Source: Candidatus Aenigmatarchaeota archaeon
GTDB taxonomy: Archaea; Aenigmatarchaeota; Aenigmatarchaeia; CG10238-14; SCSR01
Length of the DNA: 64,000 nt
Reading direction: 5' to 3'
Assembly (NCBI GenBank): GCA_016187415.1
Contig: JACPJT010000007.1
Location: forward strand, 68,821 to 132,820
Part shown: piece by piece, positions 1-10,386 of the stretch
Position numbering within the stretch: position 1 is the first letter of the stretch
Layout of the letters: every line of letters starts with the position of its first letter
Notes under the pieces: model-generated
Databases searched by the model: none
Seen by the model: the letters and a program-made list of their open reading frames with translations, nothing else
What the model was told of the DNA's origin: nothing
Made by a program: the position numbers and the translations under genes

Positions 1-324
1 ACAGGATATTCCTGATGTTCAGCCATCCACTTGGACAATTCTGTATGGTATCCTTCGTCCCCGAAAGTTATAGGATTCGGCAATGTTGTTTTAAGATAAA
101 GTACAAATGCGAATAACAGAACGAGTGAGACAACTACAAGTGCCGTCCTGTTTCGTTTAATGACATTGTTTTCTTCCATCTTCGTTACCGTTCAAAACTA
201 ATAACCTATGTTGCAATATGTGCTATTAAATGTTTAAATTATTAGGGTTTATTTAACGAATTATCACACTTAGATAGAATAAAAAAGTTACGACATTAAT
301 AATATAAAAGCCAAAGATGGGTAT

Positions 325-2445
325 ATGCTAAAAATCAATTACAAATCGGCCGCTATATTCGCACTTATTTTTCTCGGCATTATCGTCATTGTCGGTCTGG
401 CTGTTTTTGTCAGGTCATCAAGTCTGAAATATCCGACAGTCTTGGATTATGATCCGTGGTGGTATTTCAGGCACGCCAAAGAAATAGTCGACAACAATTA
501 TAAAATGCCCGCATGGGACATACTAAGTTATTATCCTCCTGGAAGACCTAACCAGCCATATAACGGCTGGTCTTATACGATTGCATACCTTTACAGGCTC
601 GCCAGTAGCATATCACCGTCGATTACACTAGTCCAGATAGCTAAGATATCTCCTTTGATAATGGTCAGCCTGACAGTAATTGTCAGTTACCTGTTCGGTT
701 CGCTGATATTCAAGAATAAGATTGCCGGATTGTTGCTTGCATTGTTCTCAACATTAACACCGACTTTCATAAGCGTGAGCATGGGCGGGTATAGCGAATC
801 AAAATCTGTAGTTGTGTTTTACACATTTTTCTCGTTCCTTGCATATTTTCTACTGCTAAATAACGCCAACAAGAAACTGAAATCAATACCGTTTTACATA
901 TTGGCCGTTGCCGTAAACCTCATGTTCATTTTCAACTGGGGTGCCGGATGGCTGCCTTCCCTTGTTCTATTCACAGTCATACCTGCATTCTTCGTATACA
1001 AACTTTTCGAGGAAGTGATATTCCACTTTAGATTCAAATTTAATTGGAAATACGCATTCGAAGAAACAAAACCGGTTGCCATCCCGCTATTGATAACATT
1101 TTTAATCCTAAACATAATAGGATACTTTTTGGGATTCTCTAACATGCTAGCTTCGTTGATAGGCGGCTTGCAATTCACTGGAATAGGAGGCGAACCGCTC
1201 ATAGTTAATATATCTGTGGCAGAGTTACAGAAGATAAACATCTTTTCTCTGGAAGGGTTGATGACGATAGCAACTAGAGTCGGCCTACTTCCTACACTTC
1301 TGACATCTTTCGGGTTTCTCGCGTTTCTTATCTACAAGATTTACAAAAAACAGAAAATAAATCCCCTTGAAATATTTCTGATTGTTTGGGTGTTGGTAAG
1401 CTTCTATTTGATAGCAACTGGTATAAGGTTTGCTTTGCTGTTCTCAATCGCATCTTCACTGACTGCGGCGTATATGATAGCGAATATTTTCCAGTTTGTT
1501 AAAGGGAGAAACAATCTTCTGATTGCAAGCATCTCTGCAATCTTGTTCGTGTTCCTTATAGCCTTCGTTTCTGACGGGATAAAAACAGGATACGATTCCA
1601 GCTCGGGGCTTGCAATCAGCCAGAATTGGTATAATGCGCTGGACTGGCTCAAGGCGAACGCCAATAGTGATTCGTTGGTTGCCACATGGTGGGATCCCGG
1701 CCATATTATTGCCGGCTATACGGGTCTGAAAGTTCATGCAGACGGCGCTCACTGCGGTTATTGCATTCCATACAACCATAACGTGAGAATAGTGGACATG
1801 GGAAGATTAATGTCTACTGATAATGAAACAGAATCGATTCAGATACTTCAGAAATACACGCATCTGACGCCTGAACAATGCGCCGAAGTTAAACAAACGT
1901 ATCCAACAATGCCGGCAGACGCGTGCAAGGACGTGTCGGATGTTTATGTTTTGGCCACTAATGACCTGATCGGCAAATATTACTGGATGAGTTGTTTCGG
2001 AACTTTCGACATGAAACTATGGAATGCAACCGATGGAAAGAAATGGAGTTGTGACGGCAGGAATTTCATACAAATGCCGCTAACAAGCACCAGCCAAGGA
2101 TATCCAGTATACTCGCTGGGCGACAATACGATTTCACTGTTACAGAACGGCACGCAGGTACTGGCTATCTTGAACGCACCCAGCCAAGGTATACGCAATG
2201 CCCTGATAAGCAATGTGACATATTTCCAGAACGGAGTCGAATTCCATTCGTCACCTTATACAAACAATACATTGAGCGGTCTGATATGGGTTGATCCAAG
2301 CTTTAGGGGCATATTTTTCATGGATCCGCAAATCAGGGATTCAATATTCACAAAGATGTTTTTCTTCCAAGGGAAGGGATTGGACAAATACGAATTGGTA
2401 TACCAGAACTCTGAAGTTAAAATATTCAAGGCGCACTTTGGTTAA
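325..2445 (+). CDS. aglB: Oligosaccharyltransferase AglB (STT3 family), polytopic membrane protein
   Basis: 706 aa. About 13 N-terminal TM segments are followed by a soluble C-terminal domain carrying the WWDxG catalytic motif (ATWWDPGHIIAGY). This is the typical STT3/AglB architecture. Confidence 0.8.
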   Translation: MLKINYKSAAIFALIFLGIIVIVGLAVFVRSSSLKYPTVLDYDPWWYFRHAKEIVDNNYKMPAWDILSYYPPGRPNQPYNGWSYTIAYLYRLASSISPSITLVQIAKISPLIMVSLTVIVSYLFGSLIFKNKIAGLLLALFSTLTPTFISVSMGGYSESKSVVVFYTFFSFLAYFLLLNNANKKLKSIPFYILAVAVNLMFIFNWGAGWLPSLVLFTVIPAFFVYKLFEEVIFHFRFKFNWKYAFEETKPVAIPLLITFLILNIIGYFLGFSNMLASLIGGLQFTGIGGEPLIVNISVAELQKINIFSLEGLMTIATRVGLLPTLLTSFGFLAFLIYKIYKKQKINPLEIFLIVWVLVSFYLIATGIRFALLFSIASSLTAAYMIANIFQFVKGRNNLLIASISAILFVFLIAFVSDGIKTGYDSSSGLAISQNWYNALDWLKANANSDSLVATWWDPGHIIAGYTGLKVHADGAHCGYCIPYNHNVRIVDMGRLMSTDNETESIQILQKYTHLTPEQCAEVKQTYPTMPADACKDVSDVYVLATNDLIGKYYWMSCFGTFDMKLWNATDGKKWSCDGRNFIQMPLTSTSQGYPVYSLGDNTISLLQNGTQVLAILNAPSQGIRNALISNVTYFQNGVEFHSSPYTNNTLSGLIWVDPSFRGIFFMDPQIRDSIFTKMFFFQGKGLDKYELVYQNSEVKIFKAHFG

Positions 2446-2690
2446 TATGAAAATTCCATCATTCAAGCTCAAGGGAAACAACAGATTGGAAACGGTTGAG
2501 AACTATTCGATATTATTTGCCTTTATCGGCGCCTTGGTATTGTCAATCGGCATCGGTCTGAATGTATTCGGTACAAAAGGGGTAAGCGCCGTCTTGCCGA
2601 TGCTGGGGGCGCTTGTAACCTTTCTTTCCACAGTGGTTTTGATATTTGTCTGGCTTGTGAAAGAGTTTAAGGAAAATTAGGATTATCTAA

Positions 2691-3848
2691 TTAATTTTTA
2701 ACAAGCAGTTTCAATTCCTCTACTTTATCGGTCTTCTCCCAAGTAAAGTCATCATCTTCCCTTCCAAAATGGCCGTAGCAGGAAGTTTTGCGGTAAATCG
2801 GTCGCAACAATTTCAAATGCTGTATTATCATCCCCGGCCTTATGTCGAATGCTTTCTTCACTATTTCAGTCAAGGTGTCATCAGGCAATTTTCCCGTGCC
2901 GTAAGTATTGACCATTACTGATACAGGGTTCGCAACACCTATCGCATATGATATCTGCACTTCGCATTTGTCGGCAAGCGCCGCTGCGACTATATTCTTG
3001 GCTATGTATCGTGCCATGTAACCCCCGGAGCGGTCAACTTTACTGGGGTCTTTTCCTGAGAAGCAACCGCCGCCATGCGAACCTACTCCGCCGTATGTGT
3101 CAACAATTATTTTTCTTCCCGTCAGTCCGGTATCGGCTAAAGTTCCGCCAATAACAAATCTGCCCGTGCCGTTTACAATGAGTTTTGTTTTATCATCCAT
3201 CATGCTGGAAGGGATGACATGTTTTATTATGTGATCTGTTACATCTTTTCTGACTTGGTCTTCGGAAACATCTTCATCATGTTGAGCTGCTATTACAACA
3301 GTGTCGACTCGTTTGGGTCTCCCATTTTCATATTCGATAGTGACTTGCGACTTGCCATCCGGCCGTAGGTACGGCAGTATCTTCTGTTTTCGTACATCTG
3401 CGAATCTTTTCATCAGATTGTGTGCAAGCACTATCGGCAGCGGCATGAGTTCCGGCGTCTCGTTTGTGGCATAACCGAACATTATACCTTGGTCACCTGC
3501 ACCTTGTTCTTCAGAAGACCTATTGACACCCATTGCAATGTCGGGCGATTGTTCTGTAACCGAGACCATTATCCCGCATGTCTCATAATCAATTCCAACC
3601 TTGGCATTATCGAATCCTATCTCTTTCAGAGTTTTCCTGACAACAGTCGGGATATCGACATACGCATTTGTAGTTATCTGACCTGTTACAATTACATTAC
3701 CTTGCATTACCACCGTTTCACAATCGACTTTCGCCGCAGGATCCTTTTCTATTATTGCATCAAGAATAGAGTCGGATATCTGGTCCGAAACTTTATCGGG
3801 GTGACCTTCTGCGACCGATTCGGAAGTGAACAAATAATTCGATGACAT
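2691..3848 (-). CDS. metK: S-adenosylmethionine synthetase, bacterial/eukaryal MetK type
   Basis: 385 aa. N-terminus [20 protein letters not shown]. Motifs [19 protein letters not shown] and the MetK C-terminal domain are present. It is not the archaeal MAT type. Confidence 0.9.
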   Translation of the reverse strand: MSSNYLFTSESVAEGHPDKVSDQISDSILDAIIEKDPAAKVDCETVVMQGNVIVTGQITTNAYVDIPTVVRKTLKEIGFDNAKVGIDYETCGIMVSVTEQSPDIAMGVNRSSEEQGAGDQGIMFGYATNETPELMPLPIVLAHNLMKRFADVRKQKILPYLRPDGKSQVTIEYENGRPKRVDTVVIAAQHDEDVSEDQVRKDVTDHIIKHVIPSSMMDDKTKLIVNGTGRFVIGGTLADTGLTGRKIIVDTYGGVGSHGGGCFSGKDPSKVDRSGGYMARYIAKNIVAAALADKCEVQISYAIGVANPVSVMVNTYGTGKLPDDTLTEIVKKAFDIRPGMIIQHLKLLRPIYRKTSCYGHFGREDDDFTWEKTDKVEELKLLVKN

Positions 3849-4175
3849 GTTAATTGTTAATTTTATTCAAAACTTAAATCCGTGACAATTTTTATGATGT
3901 ATGTTATCTCTGAGATATGATTATTTTTTTGGTTTTTGATTCTAGAATAAAATCATTTGTTTCATTAAATCCCGCCTTTTCAAAAAGTTCATTTGAGATA
4001 GGTATTGTATATCTATAATATTTTTTTCCCGAGTCACTTTTTCTGATCATCAACTTTATTATTTTAACCATTATTCGAGTATGTTAACCGAAAGCTATAT
4101 ATTTAAGTATGTTAACATATTATATAATAAAATGGATAATGGTATTCATTAATAATTAAAAGGGAAATAGATAAT

Positions 4176-5015
4176 ATGAAAATTGAAAATTTATTATCCA
4201 AACTTAAGGCGAATGGAAAGAGTGCTATTAATATATCGAAAATTACTGAGAAACACCTAGAAAATAACAAGATAACAAAGTATGAACCCGAAGATTTTAA
4301 ATTAGAAGTAACTACGGCCTGGAGTTTTCCTAGAAGAGGTAACTGGGCAACACATCGTGGAGATTATAGAGGAAATTGGGCACCAGAAATACCAAGAAAT
4401 CTAATTTTAAGATATTCTGGAAAAGGAGATGTCGTGTTAGATCCTTTTGTTGGTTCTGGCACAACTTTAATAGAATGTAAACTTTTGGATAGAAAAGGAT
4501 TTGGAATTGATATAAACCCCGAAGCAATAAAACTTGCTAAAAAAAGATTGGAATTCCCAAGACTTCATCCGGAAAAACAAGAACTGAAAATCGGTGATGC
4601 ACGTGACCTCAGTTTTCTAAAGCAAAATTCAATAGATTTAATTTGTGCACATCCACCATACGCAGATGCTATACAATACACACAAGGTATAGATGGAGAC
4701 TTATCCTTCATTAAAAATGTCGAAGAATTCGAAAGTGAAATGTGTAAAGTGGCAAAGGAATCTCTTAGAGTACTTAAGCCTGGAAAGTATTGTGCAGTTC
4801 TAATCGGTGATATTAGGAGACAGAAAAGGGTAATACCAGTTGGATTCAAAGTTATGCAATCATTCTTAGACGCGGGATTTATTCTGAAAGAGATTATAAT
4901 TAAGCAGCAGCACAATATGACAACGACTGGTCTATGGAGAAACCAGTCGGAAAAATATAATTTTCTTCTTCTGGCACATGAATACCTTTTTGTATTTGAG
5001 AAACCAGATAAATGA
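4176..5015 (+). CDS. DNA methyltransferase (N6-adenine/N4-cytosine amino-MTase)
   Basis: SAM-binding motif I DPFVGSGTT and catalytic motif IV CAHPPY are present. Motif I precedes motif IV. Confidence 0.75.
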   Translation: MKIENLLSKLKANGKSAINISKITEKHLENNKITKYEPEDFKLEVTTAWSFPRRGNWATHRGDYRGNWAPEIPRNLILRYSGKGDVVLDPFVGSGTTLIECKLLDRKGFGIDINPEAIKLAKKRLEFPRLHPEKQELKIGDARDLSFLKQNSIDLICAHPPYADAIQYTQGIDGDLSFIKNVEEFESEMCKVAKESLRVLKPGKYCAVLIGDIRRQKRVIPVGFKVMQSFLDAGFILKEIIIKQQHNMTTTGLWRNQSEKYNFLLLAHEYLFVFEKPDK

Positions 5016-5183
5016 TTAATCTGGTAGTTCCAAGAATTTCAATGGTATGTTTCTAAAAAAGTAATGGCACCCCACAGATTCTATATAATTGAGAACGTCT
5101 ACATAACTTTCATGTTTAAACCAGTCGTCAAGAACGTACACATATTCAACTTTTATATTAACTTTTGACAACAGCTTCTGGTA

Positions 5184-5534
5184 CTACCTTTTCTTAAAAT
5201 CACATGTCTGAAGCTTTTCATCAACTGAACCTTGAACTTTTTGGAATTTCATTTCTATTATGAAAAGTCTATTATTGTTAATTACAAAAATGGATTCGTC
5301 TGGAAGTAATTGCTTAGAAATTATGCCTTTCCAGTTTATATTCAAACCTTTCAAAAATTTGTTATAAAATTCATGTTTCTTGTATACATGCGCTACTAAT
5401 TTATTAGTGAGAAATAAATCATTTCCTTGGACTTTATAATTAGGTATTTTTTCGAAAATAGCTTTCAAGTCACTTCTACTTTCAAATTCTAGACCGGATT
5501 TAGTTTTAGAACCACCTTTCCCACCAAATATCAT
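5184..5534 (-). CDS. Putative PD-(D/E)xK nuclease (candidate restriction endonuclease partner of the MTase)
   Basis: 116 aa. PD..(D/E)xK-like signature DESIFV...IIEMKFQK. It is convergent with the MTase gene. Identity is weak without structure or search. Confidence 0.3.
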   Translation of the reverse strand: MIFGGKGGSKTKSGLEFESRSDLKAIFEKIPNYKVQGNDLFLTNKLVAHVYKKHEFYNKFLKGLNINWKGIISKQLLPDESIFVINNNRLFIIEMKFQKVQGSVDEKLQTCDFKKR

Positions 5535-5537
5535 AAA

Positions 5538-5777
5538 TTATATTATACTCTGCTTTCTTAACTCCTTTTCTACTTCTTCAGCAGACTTGCCACAAACTCT
5601 ACAACCTGATTGAATTAACCAAACTTCAGCACTTTTACTTACAGATCCACCCCCAGGCAAAGTCTTTGTTCTTTTGGTTTTAACACTCCATTGGCTTGGA
5701 AAATATAAACAGGATATCCTGCCTTTATCACAAAACGGGCAACTTAATTGTTCGTATCGACCAGCCATTATTAACAA
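5538..5777 (-). CDS. Zn-ribbon protein (CxxC...CxxC)
   Basis: 79 aa. Carries CPFCDKG...CRVCGK. It is in the same frame as the downstream 116-aa ORF and separated from it by a single TAA codon. Confidence 0.35.
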   Translation of the reverse strand: MLIMAGRYEQLSCPFCDKGRISCLYFPSQWSVKTKRTKTLPGGGSVSKSAEVWLIQSGCRVCGKSAEEVEKELRKQSII

Positions 5778-5864
5778 TTCATTCTAAAGGAATTTAATAC
5801 TTTTTCGACAGAAGCTACTTATTCAACAAAGCTGTATGTCAGCAAAGATACAAATATTCAACAC

Positions 5865-5874
5865 TTTTATATTA
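5865..5874 (+). promoter_or_regulatory. TATA-box-like element for histone gene (leaderless transcript likely)
   Basis: TTTTATATTA is centred about 24 nt upstream of the ATG at 5894. Confidence 0.4.
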
Positions 5875-5893
5875 CCCAACATTAATCTTAATT

Positions 5894-6100
5894 ATGGCAA
5901 AGAATCTACCTAACCTACCATTCGAGAGAATTTTGAAAAAGGTAGGCGCCAAAAGGGTTTCTCAGGATGCGTTGGAAGAATTCGCAACAGTAATGGAAGA
6001 AAAGTTGACGGTGCTTGCCAAGAGTGCCGTGGAGCTGTCGAAACATGCCGGCAGAAAAACCATCATAGGCGAGGATGTCAGGCTTTCAAAAAGCAAATGA
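5894..6100 (+). CDS. Archaeal histone (HMf family)
   Basis: 68 aa histone fold: LPNLPFERILKKVGAKRVSQDA...[10 protein letters not shown]. Confidence 0.85.
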   Translation: MAKNLPNLPFERILKKVGAKRVSQDALEEFATVMEEKLTVLAKSAVELSKHAGRKTIIGEDVRLSKSK

Positions 6101-7148
6101 TATGCATATTAAATTTAAAGCGCATAGAGATTTCATGGAGTTCGACTTTCTGGTTTCCGAAGTGGTGAGCAAATCCAACGTTAAAAAGGACGATATACTA
6201 AGTCTTGTTGACAAGAAATATACAGAAATGGAAAATCTGATAACAAAAGAAGGTGCATTATACTTGGTTGCCAAAGAAATGAACATCGAACTGCCGGAAA
6301 ACAAGACGCCGGGCACGCCCATCAGGAACATAGTGCCTGGCATGAGAAATGTCAACTTTATCGGCAGGGTCTTCAAGATATCCAAGACGACCGAATTCAA
6401 GAAGGCAAATGGAAACGCAGGACGAGTTGCGAATATCTTCATCGGAGATGGAACAGGAGTTACAAGAGTCCCTTTATGGGATGATCAGGTCAAAATGCTG
6501 GAAGAAAACATGATATCCATTGGCGACACGGTCCAGTTGAGCAATGGGCTGTCACGGGAGAATTCATTTGTGGGCGTTGAAGTTACTTTGGGAAAATTCG
6601 GCACGTTAACCCCGCTTGAGGATTACGCTGATTTGCCGTCGGCAGAAAGTTTATTGAAAGGGTCATTCAGCTTCTCGGTTGAGAAGACCAACATATCAGA
6701 TGTTGTGGCTGGCGGTAATTTTGAGATAAAAGGCGTCGTTTCACAACTGTTCAGAGGGAATTTCCTTTTCACAGTCTGTCCAATGTGCGGCAGTAAACTG
6801 GAAAATACAAAATGCACAGAACACGGTGAAGTAGCACCCAGTTATGCGATGGTAATTTCATTCATTGCAGATGACGGCACAGGGGATTTGAGATGCGTCC
6901 TATTCAGAAATACAGCGGAAAAGCTGTGCAACATGTCGGCAGAAGAATTGTCTAAAATGGATCCTGATAAAAGATATTCGATATTGAGCGACAGCATTCT
7001 CGGAAAGGAGTTTATATTCGCGGGTAAAGTCAAGAAGAACGACATGTATGATAGAATGGAAATGATGGTGAACGATTTTAAAGATATAAATCCTTTGGAA
7101 GAGAGTAAGAAATTAGTCAATGAGATAGAATTGATGGTAGGCGTCTAA
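6075..7148 (+). CDS. RPA-like single-stranded DNA-binding protein with OB folds and Zn ribbon
   Basis: OB-fold region ([12 protein letters not shown]...[12 protein letters not shown]). C4/C3H zinc ribbon [17 protein letters not shown]. The real start is probably M at 6102, because the annotated start overlaps the histone gene. Confidence 0.65.
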   Translation: MSGFQKANDMHIKFKAHRDFMEFDFLVSEVVSKSNVKKDDILSLVDKKYTEMENLITKEGALYLVAKEMNIELPENKTPGTPIRNIVPGMRNVNFIGRVFKISKTTEFKKANGNAGRVANIFIGDGTGVTRVPLWDDQVKMLEENMISIGDTVQLSNGLSRENSFVGVEVTLGKFGTLTPLEDYADLPSAESLLKGSFSFSVEKTNISDVVAGGNFEIKGVVSQLFRGNFLFTVCPMCGSKLENTKCTEHGEVAPSYAMVISFIADDGTGDLRCVLFRNTAEKLCNMSAEELSKMDPDKRYSILSDSILGKEFIFAGKVKKNDMYDRMEMMVNDFKDINPLEESKKLVNEIELMVGV

Positions 7149-7149
7149 T

Positions 7150-8106
7150 TTGGCAAAAAAAGAAGTTTCCTTGGAGGACATACCGGGCGTTGGAGAGAAG
7201 ACGATTGAGAAGTTGAAGAGCATAGGTTATTCCGATCCGATGGTTATTGCAGTCTCGTCGCCGACAGAATTGGCGAACATCGCAGAAATCGGCGAACCGA
7301 CCGCGGCCAAGATAATAAATACAGTAAGAGAAAAGTTGGACATCGGTTATGTGACAGCTGACAAAATTCTGGAGAGAAGAACAGTTGTAGCGAAAATCAC
7401 AACAGGCAGTAAGGCTCTTGATACGCTTTTGGGAGGAGGCATAGAAACACAGGCCATAACAGAAGCTTACGGTCAATACGGATCAGGTAAAAGCCAGCTG
7501 GCGTTCCAGCTTGCCGTATCAGTGCAATTACCAAAAGACAAAGGAGGGCTTGATGGCGCATGCCTCTTTATCGATACCGAGAATACTTTCAGACCGGAGA
7601 GAATAGTTCAGATTGCAAAAGCAATGAAATTGGACCCAGAAAAAGTCCTGAGAAACATTTACGTTGCGCGCGCATTCAATACAGAGCACCAGATTTTGTT
7701 GGTGGAAAAGGCGCCGGAAATCATTGAAGAGAAAAAAATCAAACTTGTAATTGTAGATTCGCTCACATCACATTTCAGGTCTGATTTTATGGGAAGAGGG
7801 GAACTTGCCGGTAGACAGCAGAAATTGAACCGCCACTTACACCAGTTGTTACGCCTTGCTGATGCATACAACCTTTGCGTCTACATCACAAATCAGGTAA
7901 TGTCAGATCCTGCAATGCTTTTCGGAGACCCGACACGCCCTGTCGGCGGCAACATAGTAGGTCACATGAGCACTTATCGCCTTTACTTGAGAAGAGGAAG
8001 GGAAGGCACGAGAATTTGTAAAGTGATAGATGCGCCCAACATACAAGAGGGCGAAGCAGCATTCAGAATAACAGAAAATGGTTTAGCTGACATTCAGGAA
8101 AAGTAG
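7150..8106 (+). CDS. radA: DNA repair and recombination protein RadA
   Basis: N-terminal HhH ([15 protein letters not shown]). Walker [17 protein letters not shown]. RecA core. Confidence 0.9.
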   Translation: MAKKEVSLEDIPGVGEKTIEKLKSIGYSDPMVIAVSSPTELANIAEIGEPTAAKIINTVREKLDIGYVTADKILERRTVVAKITTGSKALDTLLGGGIETQAITEAYGQYGSGKSQLAFQLAVSVQLPKDKGGLDGACLFIDTENTFRPERIVQIAKAMKLDPEKVLRNIYVARAFNTEHQILLVEKAPEIIEEKKIKLVIVDSLTSHFRSDFMGRGELAGRQQKLNRHLHQLLRLADAYNLCVYITNQVMSDPAMLFGDPTRPVGGNIVGHMSTYRLYLRRGREGTRICKVIDAPNIQEGEAAFRITENGLADIQEK

Positions 8107-8627
8107 CTTACCACCGACCCAAAAAACTGGGCAAACAGCACAGAATTAATCAAGCTGTTTCCTACAGCATACGGCAACTCTTTACCCACTACACCCCTAT
8201 CCATCATGAACGTGAGGAACAGATTTACAACATTCAGGCCTATTGTGAAAGTCAACCCAAGAGCCCCTATTACTCCTCTGCCGAGAATCCCACACAATAC
8301 ACCCAGCAAGACATATTCGGGTACCACCCATGTCAAGTAAGGACCAAGATAGTAACGGCCAAGTATGAAATGCGTAAGCAATACAGTTATGCCGTATAAT
8401 CCGCCAATCACCGGTCCGTAAAGGACACCAACAAGCATTGTCGACAGGGTAACCAATTCTATCCCGATGTATTTCAGCGGCTGGAAGAAACCCAGTATCA
8501 GTGCCAGCAAGATTGTAGCCGATGAAATTAAAAGGAATATAAAAACTTTCTGCAGGAACAGGACCATTATCGCCAGCAGAAATGCGCCAGCTATAATCGA
8601 ATAGATTTTCCAATCAAGCTTAAACAT
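8094..8627 (-). CDS. Small polytopic membrane protein (possible ECF-type transporter substrate component)
   Basis: 177 aa, about 6 TM, no catalytic motifs. Confidence 0.3.
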   Translation of the reverse strand: MFKLDWKIYSIIAGAFLLAIMVLFLQKVFIFLLISSATILLALILGFFQPLKYIGIELVTLSTMLVGVLYGPVIGGLYGITVLLTHFILGRYYLGPYLTWVVPEYVLLGVLCGILGRGVIGALGLTFTIGLNVVNLFLTFMMDRGVVGKELPYAVGNSLINSVLFAQFFGSVVSYFS

Positions 8628-8658
8628 TATTTAAATATCTGAACACAGGTTTTAATTC

Positions 8659-9285
8659 ATGCAAGTTTTGTACCAAGGCGCAGAAAGCAAGATATATCTG
8701 GATACATTTGACGGCGAGCAGGCTATCGTAAAGGAAAGAATAAAGAAAAACTACAGGATAACAGAATTGGATGAAATGCTGAGAAAGCGGCGAACAAGGA
8801 AAGAAATAAAATTGTTGACGGATGTCAGGAAATTGAATATACAGACGCCGAAGATATTGCAGGTCGATGAGAGCAGATGCAAAATAATAATGGAATATGT
8901 GCAGGGTGACAGGCTCAAGGAATACATCAACACAAATTCTGTAGACAGGGTAAAGTCAGTGTGCATGCAACTCGGCAAAATAATAGGAAAATTGCACGCG
9001 AATGACATTGTTCACGGTGATTTGACAACATCCAATCTGATACTGAAAGACGGGAAGATTTATGTGATCGACTTGGGCATGGGGGAGTTCACTAAAAGAA
9101 TAGAAGACAAGGCGACAGACCTCAAGCTGTTAAAGCAGGCTATAAAATCGACCCATTTCAAAATCTTTGATCTGGCGTGGGGGAGCATCCTATCAGGCTA
9201 CAGTGAAGAGTATGACAATTCATCCAAGGTCTTGGAGCAGATGAAAGAGATCGAAAAACGGACCAGGTACACAAATCGAGAATAG
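8659..9285 (+). CDS. Kae1-associated Ser/Thr kinase Bud32
   Basis: 208 aa small atypical kinase: LYQGAESKIY, VHGDLTTSNLIL, DLG. Confidence 0.8.
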   Translation: MQVLYQGAESKIYLDTFDGEQAIVKERIKKNYRITELDEMLRKRRTRKEIKLLTDVRKLNIQTPKILQVDESRCKIIMEYVQGDRLKEYINTNSVDRVKSVCMQLGKIIGKLHANDIVHGDLTTSNLILKDGKIYVIDLGMGEFTKRIEDKATDLKLLKQAIKSTHFKIFDLAWGSILSGYSEEYDNSSKVLEQMKEIEKRTRYTNRE

Positions 9286-9353
9286 CCCGCCTGTAACCTT
9301 ATAAAGCTAAGAAATATAAAGTTTCTCTTAAAGAATTTAATAGTCGTGAAAGA

Positions 9354-9815
9354 ATGGCAAGGATATATTCAGGAAAAAAAGGCAAGGCATCTAGCCACAG
9401 GCCGCCATACAAGACTGTGCCTAAATGGCTCAAGTACAATAAGGAAGACATCGAGAAGATTATAGTGGACCTGTCCAAGCAAAAACACACATCTGCAATG
9501 ATCGGTACTATATTGCGGGACTCATACGGAATCCCAGATTCAACAGTAGTGACAGAAAAACCGATAAGCGAAATAATGAAGGAAAATAGCCTTTATCCTA
9601 CGTTGCCCGAAGATCTCATGTTTTTATTGAGAAAAGCAGTCAGCTTGAAAAAACACATGACTTCTTTCAAGAAAGACAAGCACTCCCAAAGAGGCCTTGA
9701 AAATCTCGAATCCAAGATACGCCGATTGGTCAAATATTATGTCAGAAAAGGCAAGCTGCCAAAAAGCTGGGCATATAATCCAGAACAGGCCAGATTGATT
9801 GTAGAAAAGTGGTGA
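9354..9815 (+). CDS. rps15: 30S ribosomal protein S15 (uS15, S13e-type)
   Basis: MARIYSGKKGKASSHRPP... is typical of archaeal S15P. Confidence 0.85.
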   Translation: MARIYSGKKGKASSHRPPYKTVPKWLKYNKEDIEKIIVDLSKQKHTSAMIGTILRDSYGIPDSTVVTEKPISEIMKENSLYPTLPEDLMFLLRKAVSLKKHMTSFKKDKHSQRGLENLESKIRRLVKYYVRKGKLPKSWAYNPEQARLIVEKW

Positions 9816-9819
9816 ATGG

Positions 9820-10386
9820 GTGCCGGTAAAACTAAAGGGTAAGCAATGGTTCTCCATCATATCTCCAAAATTATTTGGCGAGCAGGAAGTAGCAAAGACG
9901 ATTGCAAATTCACCAGACGGATTGGTCGGCAGAACGATAAATCTAAGTGCGGTAGAATTGACTGACGACATCAATAAATATTTTCTCACATTGAAATTGA
10001 AAATCACTTCCGTCAATGGCGATAAGGCATCTACGCAATTTTCCGGGTCTGAAATACTTCAGGATTATTTGTCCAGGATGGTTTTGCGCAGAATAAGGCG
10101 ATTGGATGCGGTACAGGATTTGACGACAAGCGATAACGTTAAGATACGGGTGAAAAGCTTGGTTATAGTTTCCAAGAAAACAAAGAGCAGTGTCGCACTG
10201 AAGATAAAGGAATTTGTAGAGCAGGCGATGAAGAAGCATGTTGAAAGCATCACACTTGACGAGTTCCTGCAAAGCATGCTCTCCAACGAGATAAAGAGCA
10301 AGGTAATGCGCGAAGGCCGGGTAATATATCCGATAAGAAATTTCGAGATAAGAAAGACGGAAATTTTATCCAACAAGGCTTCTTAA
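9820..10386 (+). CDS. rps3ae: 30S ribosomal protein S3Ae (eS1)
   Basis: Carries KGKQWFSIISPKLFGEQEVAKT.... Confidence 0.85.
   Translation: MPVKLKGKQWFSIISPKLFGEQEVAKTIANSPDGLVGRTINLSAVELTDDINKYFLTLKLKITSVNGDKASTQFSGSEILQDYLSRMVLRRIRRLDAVQDLTTSDNVKIRVKSLVIVSKKTKSSVALKIKEFVEQAMKKHVESITLDEFLQSMLSNEIKSKVMREGRVIYPIRNFEIRKTEILSNKAS

Noticed and set aside
373-389. 17-nt identity (ctcggcattatcgtcat) between the aglB signal-anchor region and pilin-like gene 19771
   Set aside because: Both encode LGIIVI with the genome's preferred codons. It is too short to indicate recombination.
3849-4175. AT-rich 330-bp intergenic region considered as a possible integration scar or small RNA locus
   Set aside because: No direct repeats, tRNA fragment, integrase or structured RNA signal were discernible. 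It is recorded only as context for the R-M module.
6075-6101. N-terminal extension of the RPA ORF overlapping the histone gene
   Set aside because: More likely untranslated; the downstream Met at 6102 gives a conventional arrangement.
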